Source: Rhizobiaceae bacterium
Lineage (GTDB): Bacteria; Pseudomonadota; Alphaproteobacteria; Rhizobiales; Rhizobiaceae
Length of the DNA stretch: 64,000 nt
NCBI GenBank assembly: GCA_036778475.1
Contig: DAIPSP010000003.1
Location: forward strand, 777 to 64,776
Reading direction: 5' to 3'
Shown here in pieces: positions 44,469 to 52,458 of this stretch (positions are counted from its first letter, which is position 1; each line of letters starts with the position of its first letter). Position numbers and translations under genes: made by a program. The notes beneath the pieces were generated by a model. It saw only the letters and a program-made list of their open reading frames with translations. It was not told the origin of the DNA and made no database searches.

Positions 44469-45613
44469 AGATATTGGTGCTTGGTGGCGACGGCTACCTC
44501 GGCTGGCCGACGGCCATGGATCTTGCTGACCGCGGTCATGAAGTCGCGGTCGTCGATAACTATTTGCGGCGTGACCTGGCCCGCAACGAAGACGTTTCGC
44601 CCCTTTTCACGCTCCCAAATCTGGTTGAGCGTTGCAGGATCTGGAACGAGATTTCCCCTCAGCAGATCACGCCTTTTGTCGGCGATCTGCGCGATTGGAC
44701 GTTTGTCCAGCAGGTGTTTACGTCGTTCACGCCCGACGCGGTCATTCACTATGCTGAGCAGCCGTCCGCCCCTTATTCGATGTTGCGCCGGCAGGCAGCG
44801 TCGCTAACCTTGTCCAACAACCTCGAGGTGACGGCCAATGTCATCTTCGCGGTGCGCGAATTTGCGCCCGACGCGCATATCGTGAAACTCGGCACGATGG
44901 GCGAGTATGGCACACCGAACATCGACATCGAAGAAGGCTGGTTGAACGTCGAACACAAGGGCCGTTCAGACAAGTTCCTGTTCCCCCGGCAAGCCGGGAG
45001 CCTCTACCACACCACCAAGATCATGGACACTGACCTGCTCTGGTTCTACACGCGCATGTGGGGGCTTGCGGTGACCGATCTCATGCAGGGGCCTGTCTAC
45101 GGTATCTACACTGATCAGTCGGAACGCGATGAACGTTTGCTGCCGCATTTCGCCTACGACGAGTTGTTCGGAACGGTGCTCAACCGCTTCACCGTGCAGG
45201 CCGTCGCCGGCTATCCGCTGACAGTCTATGGCAAGGGCGGGCAAACTCGCGGCTATCTGAACATTCGAGATACGCTGCAATGCGTGCGCCTGTCGCTCGA
45301 GAACCCCTCGAAGAAGGGCGAACTGCGGATTTTCAACCAGTTCGTCGAGACATTCTCCGTCAACGACCTGGCCGAACGCGTTCAGGCTGCAGGCAAGGAA
45401 ATGGGGCTTTCGGTTGAGATCAAGTCGATTGCAAACCCGCGGATCGAGCGCGAGGAGCACTACTACAATCCTGCTCATACCGGCCTCATTGACCTTGGCC
45501 TCAAGCCCCATCCGCTGACAACCGAAGTCCTGACCCAGATCATGGAGAAAATCACGCGCCACAAGGACGCGATTGATGTTCACAAGATTTTCCGTGGGAC
45601 AAAGTGGGCCTGA
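44465..45613 (+). CDS. sqdB: UDP-sulfoquinovose synthase (SQD1/SqdB/Agl3 family)
   Basis: Near-continuous agreement with my recollection of plant SQD1: ILVLGGDGYLGWPTA, VDNYLRR, HYAEQPSAPYSM, IVKLGTMGEYGTPNIDIEEGW, RQAGSLYHTTK (Tyr-His-x-x-Lys), TDLMQGPVYG, YDELFGTVLNRFTVQAVAGYPLTVYGKGGQTRGYLNIRDTLQCV, FNQFVETFSVNDLA, NPRIEREEHYYN. The ATG overlaps the upstream stop (ATGA). Confidence 0.9.
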   Translation: MKILVLGGDGYLGWPTAMDLADRGHEVAVVDNYLRRDLARNEDVSPLFTLPNLVERCRIWNEISPQQITPFVGDLRDWTFVQQVFTSFTPDAVIHYAEQPSAPYSMLRRQAASLTLSNNLEVTANVIFAVREFAPDAHIVKLGTMGEYGTPNIDIEEGWLNVEHKGRSDKFLFPRQAGSLYHTTKIMDTDLLWFYTRMWGLAVTDLMQGPVYGIYTDQSERDERLLPHFAYDELFGTVLNRFTVQAVAGYPLTVYGKGGQTRGYLNIRDTLQCVRLSLENPSKKGELRIFNQFVETFSVNDLAERVQAAGKEMGLSVEIKSIANPRIEREEHYYNPAHTGLIDLGLKPHPLTTEVLTQIMEKITRHKDAIDVHKIFRGTKWA

Positions 45614-45821
45614 TCGGCCCGGCTCCCGCCTTGTCGGCCCGCTGCAATGCCGGGCAGCGTCAGCCGCCGACAGATAGAGATTTTCACATCCGAGATTGAA
45701 TCAGGCCCTGAAAATCTCTTGAAACCGGGTAACCTCATAGTGGCGAAATGCATCTTCAGGTAGCTGAATTCCGCCGAAGCTTTCTTTTTTCGACCTGGCC
45801 TCTATGCGATATTGACGTGGC

Positions 45822-46976
45822 TTACGCCCTGTCAGGGGCGTTGTTAAGCTCGACCCCTTGCCAGCGGTTCGAGAGCTTTGCGGTGCCGAGGATCAGCCTG
45901 ACCACGCGCTGCGACGTATTCTCGATCTGATAGTCCTGCGGAATTGGCGGAAACCTGCCAGCCCTGAAATCGCTCACCGCCAGGTTGACCGAGTCAATGA
46001 TCGTCTGTTGGTCAAGCCCGGTCAGGATGATCGAACCTGTGTCCATCGCCTCGGGCCGTTCCAGCGCGTTGCGGATCGTCACCGCTGGGAACCCGAGCAT
46101 CGACGATTCCTCGCTGATGGTCCCGGAGTCGGAAATTGCGCAAAGGGCTTCCATCTGCAGCTTGTTGTAGTCGTGGAAGCCGAAAGGCTTGAGGAAACGC
46201 AGATTGTCGCTCGCGGAAATGCCGAACGCCTCCATCCGCTTGCGCGTGCGCGGGTGGGTCGAGACGACGACCGGCGCCGACAGGATCTGCGACAGCGCCT
46301 CGAGCGCGTCGATGATCGACGTCAGCGCGGCGCGGTTGTCGACATTTTCCTCGCGATGGAAGGACGCGATCAGGAATTTTTTCGGCTCCAGTCCAAGCCG
46401 TGCGAGAATGTCGCTCTTGTCGATCCTACCGCGATAGGCATTCAGAACTTCGTGCATCGGCGACCCGGTCACATAGATGCGACGGTGCGGAAGCCCTTCC
46501 GCCAGCAGATGCCGACGGGCATGTTCGGTGTAGCACAGGTTGAAGTCAGACACGTGGTCAACCAGTCGCCGGTTCAATTCCTCGGGCACGTTGAAGTCGA
46601 AGCAGCGATTGCCCGCCTCCATGTGATAGACGGGAACCTTGTTCTTGCGCGCGGCAACGGCTGCGACGCATGAATTGGTGTCTCCCAGCAAAAGGACCGC
46701 GTCGGGCTTTTCCTGCCGTATCGCCCTGTCGCTGGCGATGATGACGTTTCCGATCGTCTCCGAGGCGGTTTCGCCGGCGGCCTCGAGGAAATGATCAGGC
46801 TTTCGCAGGTCCAGATCGTTGAAGAAAATGCCATTAAGTTCGTAGTCGTAATTCTGGCCGGTATGAACGATCACCTGGTCGACGACGTCGTCCAGCGCGT
46901 GAATTACCTTGGACAGACGGATCCATTCCGGTCGCGTCCCGGCGATGGTCATTACTTTCAGTCTGGCCTTTGGCAT
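45822..46976 (-). CDS. fnlC: UDP-N-acetylglucosamine 2-epimerase, non-hydrolysing (FnlC/CapG/WbjD-like)
   Basis: KVMTIAGTRPEWIRLSKVI, LLLGDTNS, HMEAGNRCFD, PEELNRRLVDHVSD, DSGTISEES. Confidence 0.9.
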   Translation of the reverse strand: MPKARLKVMTIAGTRPEWIRLSKVIHALDDVVDQVIVHTGQNYDYELNGIFFNDLDLRKPDHFLEAAGETASETIGNVIIASDRAIRQEKPDAVLLLGDTNSCVAAVAARKNKVPVYHMEAGNRCFDFNVPEELNRRLVDHVSDFNLCYTEHARRHLLAEGLPHRRIYVTGSPMHEVLNAYRGRIDKSDILARLGLEPKKFLIASFHREENVDNRAALTSIIDALEALSQILSAPVVVSTHPRTRKRMEAFGISASDNLRFLKPFGFHDYNKLQMEALCAISDSGTISEESSMLGFPAVTIRNALERPEAMDTGSIILTGLDQQTIIDSVNLAVSDFRAGRFPPIPQDYQIENTSQRVVRLILGTAKLSNRWQGVELNNAPDRA

Positions 46977-46988
46977 ATCCGGTCCTGC

Positions 46989-48149
46989 TCAGTTTGCCGC
47001 GCGCGGCGCCGCGGAGCGTAACATTGACGGTTTCAGAACCGGGTCGGCATAGGTGTCCGGCGCGGATGGGTCGAAAAGATCGTGGGTCCAGAACAGGGTC
47101 AGCAATGGCTTGCTGCCGGTATTCTCGATCGAATGCGTGTGCAGGGTCGGCATATCGACTGCAGCGGGCTCGTCACCATTGACCTTGTATTCCCAGACGC
47201 CTGCGCCAAGAACCTTGCGAATGCGGATCACTGCCTCGCCGGACACCACCAGGAAACGCTCGACCTTCGCCAGATGGAAGTGGTCGCCTCGCGTCACCCC
47301 GGGTTCGGTCCAGGACATGAAGGTCTGGCCGCCTCCCCCGCCCTTGACGGCTTCGAACAAAACGCCGCGGGCGTCCCTGTTGAGCTTGAGCGGGCGCGGG
47401 AAACCGTCCGGATAAAGGGCGGCGCGATAGGAATTGAACAAGGTCAGGTCGAAATCGTCGCTCAGGTCGGGAAATATACCAGCCAGATACGAGCCGTGGA
47501 ACATCCTGAGCCTGTCCAGCAAATCCTGCACCGCAGTCGGCCTTGCTTCAGGTTCGATCGTGCCGGATTGTCTCGCAATGGCCGCGTCGATGGCGATTTG
47601 GGCAGCGCGCCCCGCATGCAGCAGTTTGACCTGTGCGCCGGGATTGACCGTCGGTTCCTCGCCGACGATCAACTGCTGGCACAGGGTCGCCGTCACATTG
47701 TTGTAGAACGAACGCGCGCACTCCCCGAAAATATGCGGCAAGATCAGATCGGAAAATCCGCCCTTGTTGGCCTCGAGCAAGCTGGCCGCGTTGCGCTTGG
47801 ATCGACCGTAAGGCGTGTCGCCGCGCGAATGGGTCGAATTAGCATAGACGATGTGGGCGTTGGCGCCGGAAACTTCGACCGCCGCCGCAAGTTTGCGGGA
47901 AATGGCTGGATTTGCATCTTCCATTTCCTCGTCGGGGCGCCGGTTGACCCCGGCGAAATGCAGCACCGCATCACAACCGCGCAGGGCTTGCGCCAGTTGC
48001 GACACATCGTCGAATTCGCGCCGTCCTAGCAGGACCATTTCATACGGTACCGACTGGCCGCGAAAGCGCGCAGCGCAATTCGCAGCATGGAGGCGGGCGG
48101 CGGCGTGCCAGCCCAGCAGTCCATCTGCGCCCGTTACGGCAATCTTCAT
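46989..48149 (-). CDS. fnlB: CapF/FnlB/WbjC-like bifunctional reductase/epimerase (N-terminal SDR plus C-terminal cupin)
   Basis: MKIAVTGADGLLGWH, then the C-terminal cupin RGVLFEAVKGGGGGQTFMSWTEPGVTRGDHFHLAKVERFLVVSGEAVIRIR...HSIENTG...FDPSAPDTY. Confidence 0.85.
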   Translation of the reverse strand: MKIAVTGADGLLGWHAAARLHAANCAARFRGQSVPYEMVLLGRREFDDVSQLAQALRGCDAVLHFAGVNRRPDEEMEDANPAISRKLAAAVEVSGANAHIVYANSTHSRGDTPYGRSKRNAASLLEANKGGFSDLILPHIFGECARSFYNNVTATLCQQLIVGEEPTVNPGAQVKLLHAGRAAQIAIDAAIARQSGTIEPEARPTAVQDLLDRLRMFHGSYLAGIFPDLSDDFDLTLFNSYRAALYPDGFPRPLKLNRDARGVLFEAVKGGGGGQTFMSWTEPGVTRGDHFHLAKVERFLVVSGEAVIRIRKVLGAGVWEYKVNGDEPAAVDMPTLHTHSIENTGSKPLLTLFWTHDLFDPSAPDTYADPVLKPSMLRSAAPRAAN

Positions 48150-48181
48150 CTGCGATCAAACTCCACTGGAAGCCCCGAAAG

Positions 48182-49231
48182 CTATGCCGCAGACGGGTTC
48201 CAGGATTGCAGTTCCGCGGCGACTTCCGGCAATGAAAGCAGCAATTCCTTCACCTCGGCAACCGTCATGCGCCTGGTGTTGTGCGAATGATAATCCGCCA
48301 GTTCGCTTGCCTGTTCGTGCCCTTCGCTGAAATAGGCTCCGTAGTTGAGATCGCGATTGTCCATCGTAATGCGATAATATTCGCCAAGGTCCTCGCTTGA
48401 CGCGAGTTCCTGAGCCGTCGCCAGCGTTTCGTACAGCTTTTCACCATGACGCCAGCCAATGACATCGACAGGATGATCCTGACGGCCGAACAACTCCTTC
48501 AGCGCGGTCACCAGATCGGCAATCGTCGACGCAGGCGCCTTCTTGATGAAAAGGTCGCCCTGACGCGCATTTGAAAATGCGAAATCGACCAGGCTGACCG
48601 AGTCGCGCAGCGGCATCAGGAAGCGGGTCATCTGCGGCGCGGTCACGGTGACCGGCTTGCCGGATTTGATCTGCCGGATAAACAGCGGGATCACCGAGCC
48701 GCGAGAATACATGACGTTGCCATAGCGGACGCTGGAAATTGTCGTCTTCGCCTTGGGGCCGATCTCCCGGGCGGCGGCCTGGGCGACCTTTTCCATCATC
48801 GCCTTGGAGATTCCCATGGCGTTGATCGGGAACACGGCCTTGTCAGTCGACAGGCAGACAAGGCTGCGCACCTGCGTCGAGATCGCGGTCCTAACGACAT
48901 TTTCAGAACCGAGCACATTGGTGCGCACCGCCTCGATCGGGAAAAATTCGCAGGACGGGACCTGTTTCAGCGCCGCGGCGTGAAAAACCGCATCGGCGCC
49001 GCGCATCGCGCGCTCGACGCTCTCCCGGTCCCGGATGTCGCCGACAAAAAACCGGACACGGCTGTCGCGAATGTCATTGCGCAGCGCATCCTGCTTTTCC
49101 TCGTCGCGGCTAAGCACTCTTATTTCAGCGCAATCCGATTGCAGCAGGTTCCGCAGCATTGTCTTGCCAAAAGAACCGGTTCCGCCGGTTATCAGCACAG
49201 TATCAGTCGTCACGGATTTGTCCTTCCGCAA
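48182..49231 (-). CDS. fnlA: UDP-N-acetylglucosamine 4,6-dehydratase/5-epimerase (FnlA/CapE/WbjB-like)
   Basis: VLITGGTGSFGKTML, FHAAALKQVPSCEFFPIEAVRTNVLGSENV, CLSTDKAVFPINAMGISKAMMEKV, VRYGNVMYSRGSVIPLF, MTRFLM, GWRHGEKLYE, NSHNT. Very close to the CapE pattern. Confidence 0.9.
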   Translation of the reverse strand: MRKDKSVTTDTVLITGGTGSFGKTMLRNLLQSDCAEIRVLSRDEEKQDALRNDIRDSRVRFFVGDIRDRESVERAMRGADAVFHAAALKQVPSCEFFPIEAVRTNVLGSENVVRTAISTQVRSLVCLSTDKAVFPINAMGISKAMMEKVAQAAAREIGPKAKTTISSVRYGNVMYSRGSVIPLFIRQIKSGKPVTVTAPQMTRFLMPLRDSVSLVDFAFSNARQGDLFIKKAPASTIADLVTALKELFGRQDHPVDVIGWRHGEKLYETLATAQELASSEDLGEYYRITMDNRDLNYGAYFSEGHEQASELADYHSHNTRRMTVAEVKELLLSLPEVAAELQSWNPSAA

Positions 49232-49276
49232 GCAATCGCCACTTGAGATATTTGAGTTTTGCGGGCAGCGTCCAGG

Positions 49277-50740
49277 TCAACCGGCGGTTGCGCGCCGATT
49301 TCTCACCACTGGTTCGACAAGCGCGTACACGATCGCGGACAAAAAGCCAATCAAACCGAAAATCGCCAGCACCAGCAATGCTCCTAACGGACCAATTGAT
49401 CCTACAGTTTCCGGCGTCGTCAGTTCCGAATAGAGCACCCCGGCCCTGTCGAGCGAACGGTCGCGAGCGAGCACAAGCAGATCCTGATAGCTCTTGGTCA
49501 ACGTAGCAAGTTCCGTCACGGCCTGTTCACGCAGCCCCGCCGGCGCCACGACGCCCTGATCTGGAGCGACCCAGGCAAGCGTCTGCCGCAAACCGGAAAT
49601 CCGCTCGACCAGTTCCTGTCGGTCGTTCAGCAGCTTTTGCACGTAACCGGCAAAGGAGGCGCGCTCGGCAAGCCCGACGATCTGCCCAAGCGATGTCTCA
49701 CTGATCTCGATACGATCGCCAGTCAACGGAGGGGATCCATTGGTGCCTGAACTCGTCGTGCCGTCAGGGCTTTTCTGAAGCCGCGCGATATCATCGATCG
49801 AACGATCCAGGCCGGAGACGCGGCGCTCGAAATCTGCAATCTGGAGTTCGAGATCACGCATGTATGCGCGTGACATGGCGTCGTTTCCGGTAACGCCATT
49901 CACAAACAGAAGATTGAAATAGACGGTCCGGAACCGGCTCAACTGTTCGTTCAGATCCTCCGCGGAAATGCCGCCCGAGGTGACCAGAGAAGCCAACCGG
50001 TTGTCCGTGCCGATGATTTCCAATCCTCGCTTGATCGTGTTCAGCCGCGTACTGGCGACGAGCAGACTGGAGGTCGTATCCAGATTTTCTTCCGACAAGG
50101 TTATTCCGGCGGACGTCAACTTGGTGTCGGTCAGGATGCGGTATTGCTTGGTGTAAATCTCTTTCCAGACCTGCGGGACCGCGACAGCGATGGCCGCGCC
50201 AACATTCTGGCCGACGCCCAGGCCTCGATAATCAACATCGATGCGCAGGCCGCGTCGCGTCGTGTTCGCTAGCTCCGCCTGATATGCCTGGTTCAAGGCG
50301 TCGATGTCGGCCTGCGTCAGATTTCTCGCCGAAAGCCTGTCTCGATATTTCTGCGACACGCCGGCCGAAGCCGGATTGTCGTAACCGATGGCGATGTTCT
50401 CCCGAAGGTCGTTGCTCTTCAGCCTGAAGTCCTCACCCAATTTCTGTATGATGGCCGAACCAACAAGATCCTCGGGAGAGAAACGCGTCCCGTTCGGATA
50501 TGACCCGTCCGAGATGCTTTGCAGTGACACGTAGTAGACAATCGAACCGCCGCCGCGCCAATACATCGTCGCAACGACCGCCGTCCCGATCATTAGAGCA
50601 AGCGCCGTCGCCGCTACTATGACGCCACGCTTGCGCCAGAGCCTGCGAACAACCGCTCCAACGGAAATCTCCTGACCTTCAAGATCGTCAATCTGCTCGG
50701 CGCCCAACGATTCTCCGCCTCTGTCTTGTTTCGTCATCAT
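49277..50740 (-). CDS. polysaccharide co-polymerase / chain-length determinant (Wzz/PCP-like)
   Basis: ORF 49277..50848, start MMTKQDRGG at 50740. N-terminal TM (VIVAATALALMIGTAVVATMYW), a large coiled-coil-rich periplasmic region and a C-terminal TM (LGALLVLAIFGLIGFLSAIVYALV). This is PCP topology. No kinase domain. Confidence 0.7.
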   Translation of the reverse strand: MMTKQDRGGESLGAEQIDDLEGQEISVGAVVRRLWRKRGVIVAATALALMIGTAVVATMYWRGGGSIVYYVSLQSISDGSYPNGTRFSPEDLVGSAIIQKLGEDFRLKSNDLRENIAIGYDNPASAGVSQKYRDRLSARNLTQADIDALNQAYQAELANTTRRGLRIDVDYRGLGVGQNVGAAIAVAVPQVWKEIYTKQYRILTDTKLTSAGITLSEENLDTTSSLLVASTRLNTIKRGLEIIGTDNRLASLVTSGGISAEDLNEQLSRFRTVYFNLLFVNGVTGNDAMSRAYMRDLELQIADFERRVSGLDRSIDDIARLQKSPDGTTSSGTNGSPPLTGDRIEISETSLGQIVGLAERASFAGYVQKLLNDRQELVERISGLRQTLAWVAPDQGVVAPAGLREQAVTELATLTKSYQDLLVLARDRSLDRAGVLYSELTTPETVGSIGPLGALLVLAIFGLIGFLSAIVYALVEPVVRNRRATAG

Positions 50741-50871
50741 GCAGTTGACCCGATTCGATCTGTATTCGCCAAGCCGTTGCAACGGATTTGAGGCGGATTG
50801 ACGGCTGGATCTGAAGCATTGCGTCGTAGCGCGGCCGCCATTTAGCAAACATAGATACGCCTGTCATAGCT

Positions 50872-52209
50872 TTACTGTGACAGCGTCCCGATTTTGCCGG
50901 TGGCAGCTCTACGCTCGAATTCGACATGTCGATGGCCCCCTTCATCCTGTTCACTCGGATCTGGACCCGTGAGCCTCGCAAGCGCATTCAATGCAACCAC
51001 CACCATGCAAAAATAAGATACTTTGATATCGTGATAAAAACCGATCGCGGTCGCAGAGAATAGCGCGGTGAAGAGGGCGAACGAAATGCCCATGGTTTTC
51101 CAAGGCGCCGGCGCGCGCCACGTAACAATGACCGGCGCGACCAAAACCATCAAAAAGGCCAGCAGTCCAATGACGCCTGACGACACAAGTTCGGTCAAAT
51201 AGGCGTTATGCAGGTGCGTAAAGCGCAGGTAGGCATCGTCTGCCGACTGCTCATTGGCGACCGCCATCATGTTCTGGCGTCCATATCCGAACAGGGGGGA
51301 TTTCATGGCCGCCTGCCACCCGACCTGCGCCATGTGCTTGCGCATCTCCAGGCTCTGGTCGCCGTCGTCGCTGTGCGAGTCGCTGTAAATCATGTCGACC
51401 AGGGCGGCCGAGCGTTGCGCCAATCCCGCGAAAATCGGCGTGTCATCGACCGTCTCGTAGACGATCGCAATGGAGCAGAACGCGAGATATGTCACGATCA
51501 CCCATTGACGCCAGTTCAATCGGCCAAGGCGCGGCAGCAAAGTCAGGAAAACCAATCCGGCGGTCAATACAAAGTAGACGATAGCGGCGCGGCCGCCGGC
51601 CATAGCCAGGCTGATCGCACTACCAGCCAGTCCCGCGGCATAGACCGGCCAGAACCTGCTTTTGCCGAGCACCAGCAAGACGAAGCAGAACAGGCCGGTG
51701 GAAGCTGACAGATAGGCCAGGATCTGCGGATTGCCGACAAAGGCTTCGGCTCGGGCTGACGTTCTCGCGCCCAGAAGCGCGGCTGCGCCGACAAGGACGC
51801 CGCCCAGGCCGATGCCAAGAGGAATCCAGTCGCGCCAATAGGGTCTGGCTGAAAATCGCAAGACCGGCAAAAGCGGCAGCATGACGATGAAGCCGACATT
51901 GCCCTCCATTTCCCAAAGGCCGGCGGACCGGTTGTCGTGCACTTGCGTAGACAGGAGCGACAGGCCGAAATATGCGACAAAAATGCTCGCAACGGCAATC
52001 TCGGTTCCGGTCAGCTTTCCAAGACGCCGCCAATCGAACGCCAGAAACACCAATGCGACGATCGCCATTCCGATCGAAACGACAGTCAACGCCGAACCAA
52101 ATGTCGGCATCAGGCAAAGCGTCGCGCTCGTGAAGATGGCCCACCGCCAGGACACGCTGGCGTCAGAACGATGTATTTTCGTCCAGAAGAAGCGGGAAAG
52201 GATATGCAT
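50872..52209 (-). CDS. O-antigen ligase family protein (Wzy_C/WaaL-type)
   Basis: About 11 TM segments. A periplasmic loop carries SLAMAGGRAAIVYF and the ...GYGRQN...FTHLHNAYLTELVSSGVIGLLAF pattern (H-x-H-N-x-Y-L) typical of the O-antigen ligase/Wzy_C domain. Confidence 0.75.
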   Translation of the reverse strand: MHILSRFFWTKIHRSDASVSWRWAIFTSATLCLMPTFGSALTVVSIGMAIVALVFLAFDWRRLGKLTGTEIAVASIFVAYFGLSLLSTQVHDNRSAGLWEMEGNVGFIVMLPLLPVLRFSARPYWRDWIPLGIGLGGVLVGAAALLGARTSARAEAFVGNPQILAYLSASTGLFCFVLLVLGKSRFWPVYAAGLAGSAISLAMAGGRAAIVYFVLTAGLVFLTLLPRLGRLNWRQWVIVTYLAFCSIAIVYETVDDTPIFAGLAQRSAALVDMIYSDSHSDDGDQSLEMRKHMAQVGWQAAMKSPLFGYGRQNMMAVANEQSADDAYLRFTHLHNAYLTELVSSGVIGLLAFLMVLVAPVIVTWRAPAPWKTMGISFALFTALFSATAIGFYHDIKVSYFCMVVVALNALARLTGPDPSEQDEGGHRHVEFERRAATGKIGTLSQ

Positions 52210-52458
52210 AAGGGCAAATGACCGGTAAAGTTGCAGCTTGTTCGGTCCCGCCCCTCATCGAACCCGACACGCTCCGTCCTACCCGATCCGGCTTGCCGGT
52301 CAAAGTATCTTCCGATATTAATCTTACGATCTGGGTCCTCTTGGAAAAATATATTGTATGCAATGGGAGTTCTGGCGCTCCCGGACTCCGGAAACTGAGA
52401 TGCCGTCGAGAATCGAGTTTCGGCTCCATTGTCACGAGTAGCCGGGTGGTTGGTCACA

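Noticed and set aside
45824-45841. Hairpin ACGCCC-tgtcag-GGGCGT in the convergent sqdB/fnlC gap, considered as a bidirectional terminator
   Set aside because: It lies inside the last codons of the fnlC-like CDS, has only a 6-bp stem and has no U-tract on either strand.
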